Assembly: GCA_025603075.1 (NCBI GenBank) | Contig: MU626342.1 | Location: 1-64,000 of the forward strand | DNA length: 64,000 nucleotides | Source of the DNA: Neoconidiobolus thromboides FSU 785 | Lineage: Eukaryota > Fungi > Entomophthoromycota | Direction of reading: 5' to 3' | Part shown: positions 1-13,136 of the stretch, in pieces | How the letters are laid out: each line of letters opens with the position of its first letter | Numbering within the stretch: the first letter of the stretch is position 1 | Position numbers and translations under genes: made by a program | Notes under the pieces: generated by a model | Databases searched by the model: none | What the model saw: only the letters and a program-made list of their open reading frames with translations | What the model was told of the DNA's origin: nothing

Positions 1-207
1 TTCAACCGTTACTTTGATAATGTTACTCAAACTCCATGGTTATTTTCTAATGCTCAAAAGAAGTTTATTTCTTATGATGATCCTCAATCACTTAAGATTA
101 AAGTTGATTATGCCAAAAAGAAGAATCTTCGTGGTGTCATGTATTGGGACATGGCTCAAGATTTTAATGATGAATTGTTGAACGTTGCTAATGGCATCCG
201 TAGTTAA
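1..207 (+). CDS. GH18 chitinase, C-terminal end (5' part outside window)
   Basis: Frame 1 reads ...QTPWLFSNAQKKFISYDDPQSLKIKVDYAKKKNLRGVMYWDMAQD...GIRS*. YDDxxS..K..Y.K...LxGxMxW is the typical GH18 C-terminal signature. Confidence 0.9.
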   Translation, partial: FNRYFDNVTQTPWLFSNAQKKFISYDDPQSLKIKVDYAKKKNLRGVMYWDMAQDFNDELLNVANGIRS

Positions 208-688
208 AAAACCTAGCTAATAAAATATTGTAAAATTCAATTGTTATAAATATTATTGCTTCTTAGAAAAGTGTATTCAGAAGCTACTATTATGATTGTT
301 TACTATTATTTTTATAAATAAAGTATTTAAAAATAATAAATTCTATTTAAACGGTGCTCTATTTTGCCTTAACTATTTAATCTATAAAAGTTTTAGCAAA
401 ATTTATTAAAGTAAATTTTAAATGGTAATGCTTTCACTAAGGTGGTAAATAAATCCCTTTTAGATACTATTAACCGATTAACTTTATACAAAATATTAAC
501 AAATGGATGATTTTATAAATTTATAACAGTATTGATGAAAAGCTTTTAATAGTTAATAATATAATTATTTAAGGAAGTTAGGCGTCTGTCGTACAATAGG
601 AGTCTTAGTAGATAAAACAGTCATTGGGTACTCTTGAATTTTATCTGTAAACCTTTCAGTATCACCTTATATTGTTAAGTTTTATTTT

Positions 689-964
689 TTATAAATGAAT
701 AAATTTACTTTCAAGCCATTTCTCAACTTTATGATAATTGTTCCAGGGTTGTTCTTTATTAACTATTTTGTATCCTCTACTTCTTATATTTTCTTCCTTT
801 AATTGTGGATCCACAGTCAGCCCGTTTTGAAATGTATAGTTATTAAAATTAGGATTGTTATTTGAAGGTGGTGAGTTGGATATAGAAATATGGTTATTAT
901 GTACTAAATCAAAGTTATTTTTTAGGTATAGCTTTGATGCTTTTACATTGTTATTATAATTCAT
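689..964 (-). CDS. Small Asn-rich hypothetical ORF
   Basis: 91-aa ATG-initiated ORF in AT-rich DNA; no motif recognised. Confidence 0.2.
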   Translation of the reverse strand: MNYNNNVKASKLYLKNNFDLVHNNHISISNSPPSNNNPNFNNYTFQNGLTVDPQLKEENIRSRGYKIVNKEQPWNNYHKVEKWLESKFIHL

Positions 965-2775
965 ATCATAAGGATCAATTAAACTGCTATTATGCTTACT
1001 GAAGGGAGATGAAACAATACTATCCGGCTTTAAACTTAGTCTATTGTTATTTGTATTACTATACTAGAACTCGAAAGTTAAAAATATAACTACGTACCTT
1101 CTGTTAAAGATAGGTAACATTTGATCATGAAAGTTATTTTTATAACGCCCTGATAATATAAATATGTATGTCGAGCGAAACAAAAATGTTTACCATTTAC
1201 AAAATCATTAGATGGTTTATATTTAATAAGTTCCTACAATATTCAGTCTAGTTGTAAATTTAAAAAGTTACGAACCTTATTCATGCTTTGATCTATACAT
1301 TTTAGATCAATGTTTCTATAATTAATAAGTATATTATATAGAAATGGTATTTTTTACTGGTATGACATAGTGTTGTATTCTTTTTGATTATAAAGTCTTG
1401 ATTGTTTGATTGATTGTTTTAACTTTGAATTTTCATTTTGAAGGTTTTTAATTTGCCTAAAGCTATTAGAATATATCTTTCTTTAAAATAATTATACTCC
1501 TTCATCTCCTTGTAGTTTTTAAATGATGCTTTTATTTTATGTTGTATTTCTCTTTGTTGTATTATTTTCTTTTTTAATAGTCTAATTAGCTCATTCTTGT
1601 ATTTTAATTGGAACTAATTAAAAGCTTTAGTATGTATATAAATCATAATATTATTACATCATTAAGATTCAGTATTTCATTGAAGGCATATGTTAGATTT
1701 CCAAATATATGATATGTCTCCCTATAATTCTTATTTATGTCAGTCCCATATAAATGATTATATACTTCAAACCTTGGTAGATAGAAGAGTATTCATGCTA
1801 TTCCTATTACAGAGTAAACAAGTAGCTAATTTGTTTATACACCTATTTAAATAAAATATTCTTACTTTTATTGTATGCTGCATTTGCACAATGGATACAA
1901 ACAGTGTGCTTACAATCATAGATGTAAAAACTTATTACATTTTTATGGTCTAATGAAAATTTTCCACAAAGCTGGCAATATAAGTAATCAATCAGTTCTG
2001 GGTCTGGGGTATCCATGATAATATTTCTTTTATAAAAATCAATTAAAGCTTTTTAAATAATTATAATTAATGCATTTATTTATAAAAAAAATGCAAATTC
2101 TTTTTAACTTGAATTTTGCTTAAGGCTAATAAAAGCTACAGTACATTTGATTTCATCTAATAAATTATCTAACAATTTGATTGGCTGTTTCGAGGAATAG
2201 AATGGTTATGTTTGAGGTTAAGTGAATTAATAATATAACCTGTACTAATTTATATCCCAGGCTTTGACATAGCCTCTAATAAAGTCATTTTAGACGTAAC
2301 CACAAGTATGAGTACAGCAATAAAGATTACAAGGGATTGAAAGATTCAAATATTTTTTAAAGTTTTTAATGTTTATTGCCTAAAAGGGATGGTTATTGTT
2401 ATAATTTTTACGCCTTATACCATGTCTATTAGCACCTGTTTATCAAGCATGTGCTATTTTAAGGATAGCAATTAACAGTTTCTGCCTATGGAGAAGAAAA
2501 AATAGATTCCATTTGATTAAAAGCGATATCCTGTGGAAATAAAAAGGATTGTATTTTTTAAAGAATAAGTATAACAAGCTTAAACATTGTAAGTAGCTAC
2601 TTGTAAGCCAAACTACGACAATAGTCCTACTACGAATTATATCAAGTAGCAATGCTTTCTATAACCCTTACAACAACAGGAGTGCTGAGAGTATCTATAT
2701 ATTTTTGTTAAGGCACAATAAAAGTTTGATTTTTAAAAAATAATATTTATTGCTTATTTTAAAAGCAGTATAAAA

Positions 2776-3291
2776 CTATATAATCAAATAAAAAAGGGAT
2801 ATACCAAAGAATGCGTATAATACACCAACCTTTGCTGTAAAAGCTATTTCAGATAGTGCTCCGGACGTTGAAGAGTTCTTTGATTGTGTAGCCTTACTTT
2901 TATCTTCGGTACTATTGGCAGATTTAGAGACAGAAGCGTCAGTAGTTGGGGTAGAAATTCCTGAATTACAATCTTTTACACATTGGCTTGATTTGGTAGA
3001 GTCACTAATAAAATCTTTATTTGTATAGCAAGATTCAATGCAAGCCTTTTTATCTTTAATACCAGTAGCGGTTAAATCTGAAGAACCAGAACATTTAGCC
3101 TTGCATGATATATCTTTAGGATCACATTTGCTTACACATTCACCAATTGCAACGTTAGCTGCTTGTTCCTCCTTAGGAGCACCTTCTTCACCTTTATTTT
3201 TATCATCGGCTGGGGCAGCATTTATTGAAATAGAACAAATGCAAATAAGAAGTATGAGATAGCTATAAAAATGAATAAAGCTGAAGCGCAT
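2776..3291 (-). CDS. Secreted Cys-rich, Ser/Thr-rich, probably GPI-anchored surface protein (paralog 1)
   Basis: Signal peptide (MRFSFIHFYSYLILLICICSISINA), CxxxC...CxxxC motifs (CVSKCDPKDISCKAKC), S/T-rich linker, small-residue omega-site region (SSTSGA) and hydrophobic C-terminal tail. Confidence 0.8.
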   Translation of the reverse strand: MRFSFIHFYSYLILLICICSISINAAPADDKNKGEEGAPKEEQAANVAIGECVSKCDPKDISCKAKCSGSSDLTATGIKDKKACIESCYTNKDFISDSTKSSQCVKDCNSGISTPTTDASVSKSANSTEDKSKATQSKNSSTSGALSEIAFTAKVGVLYAFFGISLFYLII

Positions 3292-4180
3292 TTTGAAATA
3301 AAGAGTAAAAAGTAAAAAGCAAAGAAATTATGAGGAAGCAGATATTTATACTTTTTAAAAGTGAACTTTAAATGGAACTTGGCTATTTTTAACTCTGAAA
3401 ATTCTTAAAATAGGCATCCATTAATAAATATTTGATTCAAATGACCGTTCAATAGCCTTTTTTATCACATTTTTAACTATTCTAATTAATGTAAATTTAT
3501 TTGAGTTTACGAATTGAATTTTGTAAGAATAGGCTCCCTTATTAATTCAATTTCGGTCATATTTCGATAAGCTTGCTGTAAAAAAGGGGATAAAATAGAA
3601 CAAAATTTGATTATGTGGGGTACTGGTAAACAGGGTGAGTGAGATCGAACTTAATCAATGTTTATGTCTTCTGTTTTTAAATTATTGATTGTAGCTGCTC
3701 ATCATTTTATTAGAAGTAAATGTTTGACTATTCCAAGTGAAGTTATAATATCAAGAATTAAATAGAACCATATTTCTTATAGTCAGAAGCTTGAGAAACT
3801 TTAGAATTTAAACTGCTCCAAACCAAACCTTTAATTTGGAATAACTTTGAGCTATTTAAGAAACTTTACTCAAATGATCTATCATGAAGGGCAAAGCCAT
3901 TGAAGTGAATGAAGATGTTAAGAATAAAAAATGAAAGAGGCTGAGTAAAGTAGATAAATGTATTATTTAAAATTTCTTCTAAAAGTAGCATTTTTTATGG
4001 CATTTATAACCTTCTACATATTAATAACAAAATTGAGTGTTACTAGAGAACGTCAAATATGTAATATTCAGTTTTTGATTGGAAATCAATCATTAAGATT
4101 TGGTTGGGAGATTAGGGATTATAGTCTCAAACAGTAAACTAAAAAACTAATTTGACGACCTAAAAGTCGACATGACATAT

Positions 4181-4275
4181 AAGGATATATTTTTGTGTTT
4201 AAGAATTTTACTACCATTTTTCTGCTTAAATAGCGCTTAAAAATGGAAAAAAAGTGAAGCCAAAAAAACATTCTC
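4181..4275 (+). mobile_element. ~100-bp MITE copy
   Basis: Matches the family interior (tttaagaattttacta...aaatagcgcttaaaaatggaaaa...gaagccaaaaaaaca); degenerate TIRs; ATAT on both flanks (4177-80, 4276-79). Confidence 0.8.
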
Positions 4276-4279
4276 ATAT

Positions 4280-4351
4280 GGTTATTTCTTTTTTCTGTAA
4301 AAATCCTGCTAACAATCTTTTTACTCAATATCGCTTAAAAAATACAGCCCC
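4280..4351 (+). mobile_element. Internally deleted MITE copy in tandem with the previous one
   Basis: ctgctaacaatctttttactcaatatcgcttaaaaaa...cagcccc followed by ATAT; shares the ATAT at 4276-79 with the preceding copy. Confidence 0.6.
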
Positions 4352-5281
4352 ATATAATGGGTATGAGGCACATAAAAGAAGTTCTAATCAAGTAAAGTTT
4401 TTTCTTAGGGATCCTTACTTTAAATTTAAAATAGTACCTATATAGCAACCTGAATACATGATACTTTTAAAACTACTCAAGATAAAAATCACTTTTTAAC
4501 ATTTATTTTGATAGAAATTAAATATAAACAACAAAACAAAGTATCAAGGTACTATTTAATGTATGACAAAAAACGTTAATGTTTGATTTGATTGTAGTTG
4601 CCTTTAGTTTTACAGCCAAATTTTTGGTTTTGCTTAGTTTCATGACAATCATTGTTCAAAAAATTTTGTAGTTTGAGCAAATTTGGAACTGACATATACC
4701 CAAGAGCCCTTTACGAAAATGCACTAATTTTTAATCGAAAATAAGAACTTGGCTAGCTAACAAACTGTTTACTGGCCCAAATCCCACTAAACTCGATTGG
4801 TTTTGGCTAATAGATACTTATCCAAAAAAGAGTAACCAATAAAAACCGAAGTAAAATCAACTTAAATCTATGAAAGCAATTAATTAAATCAAAATGTAAT
4901 AAATATATACACTTTCATTAGTTATAGAGACACAATAGTTAATTTATTAATACAAGTTTGTCATTTCGCAAACTTTAGAGGGTTTTATTTCACTTTATAC
5001 AACTTACTTTTTTGAATTAGTGCTCATTAACTAAAATCTTCAAATTTGCTAAAACTTGACACAGTAAGCAGTTTATTAGCTAACCAAATCCTGAAAATAA
5101 TTTGTTGAATAATTTAAAAACAAAATTTACTGTTGTAATCAATAACTTTCTCATTTTTACGAAACAAGACTATTTATGGAAATACCCAATAGACCAAAGG
5201 GGGTGTTTAGCAACCTGATTAGCTATTTCAAGGAATTTAAAAGTTATGTTTGAAGATAAGCAAATTAAAGATACAACATTT

Positions 5282-5379
5282 GGGGATGTTTTTTTAACTT
5301 CATTACTTTTTCCATTTTTTAAGCGCTATTTAAGTGGAAAATTTGTTAGTAAAATTCTTAAACACAAAAATACATCCCC
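5282..5379 (-). mobile_element. ~100-bp MITE copy (reverse orientation)
   Basis: Perfect GGGGATG...CATCCCC termini; direct repeat ATTT at 5278-81 and 5380-83. Confidence 0.9.
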
Positions 5380-5897
5380 ATTTACTAATTTATATCTGAG
5401 GCTTTGACAGCCTTTAATAAAGTTGTTTTGGGCACAACCATAAGAAAATTTCTAATTTTTATAAATTTTATTGTAATATTCGAATGTTTTAAAATGTCTG
5501 CCATACTATTTGATCATAAGGGATGCTTTACATATTTACTTTTTTACTTTGCGCTATGTATGTTAATACTTGTTGTTTATCAAGTATATCTTATTCAAAG
5601 ATGACAACTAATCGTTTTCAGTTACGATAAAGAATATACATATTTGTATTATAAGTAATAGCTTCGAAAGCAGAGTTATGTTTTAAAAATAAGTATAAAG
5701 AGCTCAAATTTATAAGTAATAATAACTACATCCTAAAGTAAGATTATAACCTAACTAGTAACCTATTAAATTACAGCCTTTGCAATAATTCCTATAGCTA
5801 CTGGAAGTATATTTTTACTCATATCCAGAATATAGTTTAATAAAAGCTTGACTTTAAAAAAAAATTATTTATTGTTCATTTAGGAATTACCAAAAAA

Positions 5898-6458
5898 TTA
5901 TACAGTTAAATAAAAAAGGGATAGACTGGAGATTGCGTATAGTGCATAGGTGTTTGCTGTAAAAGCCATTCCAAACAATGCTCCAGATGTTGGAGAAGCT
6001 TTTGATTGAGTAGCCTTACTTTTATCTCCAGTACCAGAGGCAGAATTAGAAGCAGAATTAGAGGCAGAGGCGGAACTACCATTAGATGAGTTGCCATTAA
6101 CAGAATTGCCATTGACTTGAGGAGTACCTGCACTGCAATTTTTTACACATTGACTTGTTTTGGTGGAATCACCAATAAAATCTTTATTTGTATAGCAAGC
6201 TGCAATACAGTTGTTTGTATCTTTAATACCACCAGCGGCTAGATCTGAGGAGCCAGAGCATTTAGCCTTGCATGATGTGTCTCTAGGGTCACATTTGTCT
6301 ACACATTGTCCGAATATGACGTTGGCTCCTGGTTCTTCATCAGAGTTATTGTTCGCATTTTTACTATTATCATCAGCTGGAGCAGCATTTATTGAAATAG
6401 AACAAAGGCAAATAAAAAGTATAAGATAACTATAAAATTGAATGGAGTTGAAACGCAT
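5898..6458 (-). CDS. Secreted Cys-rich, probably GPI-anchored surface protein (paralog 2)
   Basis: Clear paralog of 2776-3291 (CVDKCDPRDTSCKAKCSGSSDL...CYTNKDFI), with signal peptide, N/S-rich linker and hydrophobic tail; upstream and downstream non-coding DNA is also similar. Confidence 0.8.
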   Translation of the reverse strand: MRFNSIQFYSYLILFICLCSISINAAPADDNSKNANNNSDEEPGANVIFGQCVDKCDPRDTSCKAKCSGSSDLAAGGIKDTNNCIAACYTNKDFIGDSTKTSQCVKNCSAGTPQVNGNSVNGNSSNGSSASASNSASNSASGTGDKSKATQSKASPTSGALFGMAFTANTYALYAISSLSLFYLTV

Positions 6459-7293
6459 TTTGAAATTAATATTAAAAAGTAAAGTAAGAAATAGGAGGAT
6501 GGCAGCTATTTATACTTTTCAAAACTGAGTTTTAGGTTGAAACCTGGGGTTATTTTTAAATTTTAAAGTTCTTAAAATACGAACCAATATGAAGGTTGTA
6601 TTTAAATACTCATTCGATATCCTTTTAATTCACTTTTTTAGTTGTTCTAATTAGTAAAAAATTTATTTAAACTTAGCTAAGGTTTTGTAAGAATAGACTC
6701 CTTTATAATCCATTTCATTGCATTTCAATGAGATGATGTTGTAATAGAATCATAAAATAGAATAAAACTTTGATTCTGCGGGGTACTGACAAACAGTTAA
6801 ATTGAGACTAAATTAGTTTATATCTTTTCTCATTTCTTCAAATTATGAGTTGTGACTATTAATATCTAATAATCACAAGTGACTATTATGAGTACTTTGA
6901 GTAAGTTTTGTAATGTAAGAAGTTAGACATGACTGGATTTATATTTTAAAATATGAGAAGTTTTGAGCTTAAATCATTTTAAGTTGAATTTAAAATTTGG
7001 AATATTTCAGTTATTATGATTTAAAGAGTTACTCAAAATGATTTATAATGGAAGAGAACACCACTAAACAATTGAAACAAAAATATCAGGAATTAAAAGC
7101 GAAGATAAAGCTAATGTAATTTAAACCATTTGAATTCATTTTATGACAGGTATCCTTTATAGAACTCATGATATTTTTATATATAACTTAATATATCATT
7201 TAAAAAAATTACAATTTTATCCCATCATAAATACTAATACAATATTAGATGCATTGGTGATAGTAAATTAAGGGACATTTTATTCTTATATAT

Positions 7294-7392
7294 AGGAATG
7301 TATTTTTATATTTAAGAATCTTACTAACAAATTTTCCACTTAAATAGCGCTTAGAAGATACAAAAAATAATGAAGCCAGAAAAAATACCCCC
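7294..7392 (+). mobile_element. MITE copy, left arm of a long palindrome
   Basis: Family interior; degenerate TIRs AGGAATG/TACCCCC; ATAT flanks at 7290-93 and 7393-96. Confidence 0.85.
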
Positions 7393-7404
7393 ATATAGTG
7401 ATAT

Positions 7405-7503
7405 AATGATGCTTTTTCTGGCTTCATTATTTTTTGTATCTTCTAAGCGCTATTTAAGTGGAAAATTTGTTAGTAAGATTCTTAAATATAAAAATACATC
7501 TAC
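7405..7503 (-). mobile_element. MITE copy, right arm of a long palindrome
   Basis: 7413-7499 is the exact reverse complement of 7298-7384; ATAT flanks at 7401-04 and 7504-07. Confidence 0.85.
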
Positions 7504-8181
7504 ATATCTTTATAGTAGCCTAATATTCAATTTAGCTATGTAAAATTAAAATAAAATAATTTTCTTTGATCAAAATTGGTCAAAAGTACTCAGAAATAGA
7601 ATATTATTTGCTACTTAGCTGTTACTTTCTTGTATTCTGTTACTTAGAAAAATAAACCATTAATTTCTTTAATTCTTTATATTTCTTAGTGTACTGTATT
7701 TTATAAAAGTTCATTAAAAAAGCTAACGTCTCGATATGAAAAACTAACTTTTGGTTATCATTTTCAATAAACCTCATAAATTACTTGAAACCTTTTATTT
7801 TTTAACTAATAGTTTAAATGTATAACAATTATTTACGCTTTTTAATTAACATTCCAATAGTATATATCGTGAAATTAACATTGTCTTAAGATAAACTAGA
7901 ATTTCTTATTTAATAAACTACCTGCTCTAACAGTACAAGATACTTATAGAAAAATAATGACGATACTTGAATCATTTATTAAAGGGTAACCGCCTTATTA
8001 AAATTCTATAAAGATAAACAAAAATAACTACTTTCAACGACATAAACAGTTGAAAAAGTAGTGTATACGGATATCTTTTCCGTTTTAATTTTTTCCCAAC
8101 TTTTAAGAAGGTTAAAGTCCAACCAAATTATTAGATAAATATTTAAACAAATAAACTCGACCATATACATTTTATTTTGTC

Positions 8182-9617
8182 TTATTCTTCTTTTAATGTA
8201 GCTGAAGTAATTTGCCCCTGAATGAAAAGTGGCATATAATTATGAAATCTAATGAACTGTACCAATATATAGACATTGCAAGACAACATAAAAATGGATG
8301 CAAAAAATAAAAATACAAAGGTATTTTTAGCTTCAAATTCTAAATAATATGCTGGTAAAAGCCATAAGACCTAATTCTTATCAGCTTTCTATTTCATTAT
8401 TATTATTATTAATTACCTGCGATAAGACCCATAACAACGTTATTTTGATCCCTTGATTAAAAAATGGCATCCTTGTACTTGGTAAAACTAAAGGAAGGAG
8501 ACCTAAATACCACATAAAGTACTAAAAAAAATAAAAAAAGGGATTAGGTTCTAATCAAATGAATTACCTGGGAAGTACAAACTTTATTAAAAGCAACAAA
8601 CGAAATGGTTTGTAAAAAAATAGCAAAAAACAAGTCTTTAGAATATAAAAATCCCAAGTAAATGGTGACTAAAAATTGGGGTAGGAACGAACATAAGGCT
8701 ATCATATTTGTTGGTATATAATTAGATTGTGAACTTAAATAAATTGGTAAAAACCAAAAAGAAAAATTGTGTCGATGATCTTTTCGGGTTACATGATATA
8801 AGAAGGTATGCTCAATAAATTCATCATAATAAATAAAATAAAATATCAAATTCAATGTTAAAAAGGTAGCTCCTGAATAAATGAAAAATAAAAATCTAGT
8901 TTTTGTAAAAAAATGGGAAAGATTTGGAATGGTATTGTTAACGAAGGATTCTAGCCATATTGTTATACCTTTGATTAAACTAACACCTGAGTTAGGTTGG
9001 CTTGGATTGATTGTTGGTCGCTTACCCATCCTTTTTAAATAATTCCTTTGTTTTGGATAATGATCATTTAAAAAATATAGTAGTGGAATTGAATAAATGA
9101 TTGGATAAATTTTGAAATGCACAGCTAAACCATATAAGATAGAACCCAAAAAGAAACGATTTTTTAAAAAGGCAAATACAAAAGCCAATATTATGCAAAT
9201 TAACAGTGATTCTGCATTACCTCTTGTTGATATATTGGCTACAATCGGATTATATAACCAAAATAAACTTACGATTTTAATGTTTGATTTTGTTTCTACT
9301 TTTCTTAATTTTAAAATCTCATACATAAAATAGCCTGATAATAGATCCCCTATTACAAACAATACTTTACCAAATGACTTAAACAAATAAATATTTGGTG
9401 TCAATAAAAATGCTAATAATGGTGTATATCTATAGGTACTTCTTAGATATGGACTTTTACCTTGAGTTACGAACCTTGCTGCATCTGTAAATACTTCATA
9501 ATCTATATCTGTATATTTTATTAATGATATCTTGTCCATATATTCTCCATACACTAATAGTACTATCCTTATTATCAAGGCTATTAATAAACTCCGTTGA
9601 ATTGATTTGAATAGCAT
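8182..9617 (-). CDS. GPI14: GPI alpha-1,4-mannosyltransferase I (PIG-M), 3 exons: 9617-8568, 8521-8417, 8370-8182
   Basis: Motifs KYTDIDYEVFTDAAR, SPYLRSTYRYTPLLA, ISTRGNAES, HFKIYPIIY, RKDHRHNFS, FVAFNKVCTSQ. Splicing the GT-AG introns continues with YFMWYLGLLPL and VLWLLPAYYLEF...KEE*. Confidence 0.95.
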
Positions 9618-10144
9618 CTTAAAAAGTGATTGCGTCAAAATTTTCAATTGAGTTTATAAATTCAAGTTCCAGATTTTGATTGAAAAATTCCTATAAAATA
9701 AATTGATCAATTTTTAAAGATTTGGTTTAAAAATAACATTTGTTTAGTTTACTATTATAATATATTTGATTCTGAGAGCAAAACTATATTGTTGAAATAA
9801 AAAGACTACTAGTAAAATGACGGTAAAGCAACTACAATTAATTATATATTTCTTTATAATAAAATTTGGCATTTGGCTTGCAAAGCGTGAATTAGTTATG
9901 AAAAAATCTTATACTTCTAGATTTTTATCTTGTAAAATAAAATAGAAATAATGGAAACTGGAAGCCGCTCTGCCAAATGCAAGCAGTACTAATTAACATA
10001 TTTTTCCTTATATTCTCCAGTTGTAACAAAGTCATGAATTATGAGATCTTATTAAAATTATTTCCTAATAAAACTATACTTTAAATACCAAGCATTCCTC
10101 TTGAATATATAAAAAATAGCTAATTAGTAAATTGAATATCAAGT

Positions 10145-10244
10145 GGGGATATATTTCTGTATTTAAGAATTTTACTAACAATTTTTCCACTCAAGTAATG
10201 CTTAAGAGATGGAAAAAGTGATGAAGCCAAAAAAAAACATCCCC
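10145..10244 (+). mobile_element. ~100-bp MITE copy
   Basis: GGGGATA...CATCCCC termini; flanks AAGT/AAAT (one mismatch). Confidence 0.85.
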
Positions 10245-10559
10245 AAATGTTAAAAAGACTAAGGGAGTTTATTTTAATGGCTTTTTGTAAATTCATCTAA
10301 GTCAGTATCGGGATTTCTTTTAATCCTTTATAAGAACATTGGTTTCCATTAAATGGAACAGACGTAATAAGGAAAAAGGAGGAGTAAACCTATAAATCAT
10401 TTCTCTGTCTATTTCCATAAGCTCTAATCTCTTTATAACTAATGTTTTGAGGTCTGTGAAAAGGTGTAAAAAACAAATAAAATATTTGATTGGAAAAAAA
10501 AGATTAATTTCAATCCGCCTTATAGACTTATATTCAATTGAGTTGTACATTTCTTTATG

Positions 10560-11680
10560 ATAAGCATCTTATTACTCGCTGTGAATATTCTTGTTGTTCC
10601 TTGCATATTTATTGTATGTCGAATACTTATTAAACGTGTCATAGCAGTTAAACGCTTGGTTTTTATTAGTTACTGATTAAATATCGAATAACTCACCAAA
10701 ACCGAACTTTAATTTATCAAAATAAATGTGCTCAACATTTGGTATCAAAGAGGTTGCGCTTAATAATCCTCCTTTTAAATTGTTAGGATGTATTTCTCTC
10801 AAGGTCAGCAGGCTTATCTTTTTCTTTAATTGAACAACTTAGAATGGGATAATCCCAAGCAATTATATTAATATCTTCAAGGATTCCCAAATTATTATAT
10901 TTGTAGCTATAAGGTCCTTCAGAAAAGTTCATTAACTTTAGACTCTTTATTATATTTAGATTGCCAAAGCATTTGGTGATGTCATAATCAAGATTTCCTT
11001 CAATTTTAAATTTTAAATTGAAAGCAAAGTTTGTACTAGAATTAACTCTAGTGGATCCAAAATAACTTGAAGCTTATAATTGTGATTCTTTCAATTCATT
11101 AAGCTTTGTTTTAATAGTATCTAGTTCACTGAGATCCACGTCCCTCATGATATCATTTTCAACGACTTTAGCTTACTTAGACTTAAACAACTGAAAATTT
11201 CTTTAATTGGCATATAGCACCCCCTATACCCTAATATCTCTATTTGATTTAAGTAGAAATTAACTATTTATGATAGCAGTGTATATTTGAGACAGTACGG
11301 CTTCAGTTTTCTCAATTTTTTAAATTTAATATTCGTTTTATTCATCATTATCACAAGTATACTTGGTATAGTTTCCATAGTATGAATTTGACGTTTAGAC
11401 AATAACTTAAATACCCAATAGTTTCATTATCTCCATTTATGCTTATATGATTCATCAGTATTTTTTTATCTAATAAACTTTTCTTGATAGATGTTGTATT
11501 TTTTATTTTGGATTTGGAAAAACTAGAATATCCTTCGAATTGATGTTTATTATAAATTGAATAAGTTGAGCTGTATTTGATAGCTCTACATGTAATATTA
11601 AACAAGTATTTGCTTAAAAAATAGACTAAATAACTCGAATGGGCATAATTGCTCAAATATCTCCTCTGATAAAATGTCAT
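10560..11680 (-). pseudogene. Possible decayed lineage-specific (LRR/F-box-like) gene
   Basis: Long minus-strand frame with few stops (..CFGNLNIIKSLKLMNFS..LREIHPNNLKGGLLSATSLIPNVEHIYFDKLKF..) and Leu-periodic composition; no definite motif. Confidence 0.3.
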
Positions 11681-13136
11681 ATGTTTGCTTAAACTTTACT
11701 AGCATTTTAAGATAGTGTTAATGGTAAAAAAAGGGTTCGGTTTTTAAATAATAAAATCGTTTTGCTAAAAAACACTCCTTTTCTCCTAGACTAAATTATA
11801 ATTACCATTCTCATGCAAAAAGTTTAGTGTATATCATTTCTATAAAATAAATTACTGTTAAACTAAATGATAATAATATTCGACTACAATTTTTAGAGGT
11901 CATCTAAGTTTTCAACTGTTTTGCTTTTGAAAACTCAAATTCATGAAAACTGAGTAATGAGTACTAATTAGGAGCTATGGCTAAAGGAGCAAGAAAGTGA
12001 TTGATTGAAATGTAAGAAGGAGTAATAATATTTTATCTCCAACCTTCAGAGATGATAAATAGCAATAATACCAGTCTTTTATATGTAGCTATTGAGATAA
12101 TATAAAGATATATAAATCAGTAGTAAAACCTATTGCTTAGGCAATATGATAAAATTAAGTATAAATCTTATGTCATGGTTTACTGTATTGCTAATCTCAA
12201 ATCTGTAAGGTAAACTTTCCGTCATTATAATCTGTTTATTTTTTGAAATGAGAAGGAAGCTCTGAGGGTTAATATTTATACTTCCTATATAAACTTTAAG
12301 TTTTATAGTCGAATATGGAATATAAATTTGTCTATATAGTGCTAGATTCGGCTTTAGATCAGAATACAAGATAAAGGTTAAAATAGTCATTGAATAAAAA
12401 TACTCAATCTTTCAAGATTGTTATAGAAAGTGTAATTTCTGCCAAAATAACTCTGAATACTAAAACTCTATAAGATTCTTCTTTTTACAGTTTTTAAAAA
12501 CAAAACTTTGATTTAAATAACATGTTTTAAAGTTAAAACAAAGATGTTGCTTTGATGAATTTATTTTGATGATAGTTATCTGTTTAGCTTATTAATTGAA
12601 AGCTTTGAGTAATAGCACTTGTTTACAATTATAGCTTGAAATACTTAACTATAAGTTACAATGATTTTGATTATTAATGCTAAAATTTTATATAAAATTT
12701 GAGGTATTACTAGTAAAAATAAAAAATAAGAAATAAATTAAGCGTAAAATCATAAGCCTAAGGGATATTGGACTAATTAAATATATCAAAGGCATCAGTT
12801 ATTAAAACAAGAAAATATGTAGCTTACCAATACAGTGGCGTTCCAAAATTTCAAAATGTACAACTAATTTATCATATCAGCTTTTATTAGAGTTAGACAC
12901 AACACTTTATGAAATTACCGGAAAACAGGAGTCACATGGGATTAGATTTTCAAGCAATTTAGTAATTAAGTCTACGTTGTTTAAAATTTTGGGTTTATCA
13001 ATATGCAACTAGGGTAGAACTTTTTTTTGATTTTATTGGCTTATTTAGGAGGGATACTTCCAAATAAGATTTTTTAGAATTTTAAGTGTTTAATCACTTT
13101 TTAAGATTATTTTGTTAACAAAAATCACATTTTAAA

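Noticed and set aside
4119-7427. Small ORFs overlapping MITE copies (4119-4328, 4254-4445, 7245-7427; also 33293-33660, 42929-43222)
   Set aside because: They share FKRYLS.K.VSKILKHK-like text only because they read through the MITE; not genes.
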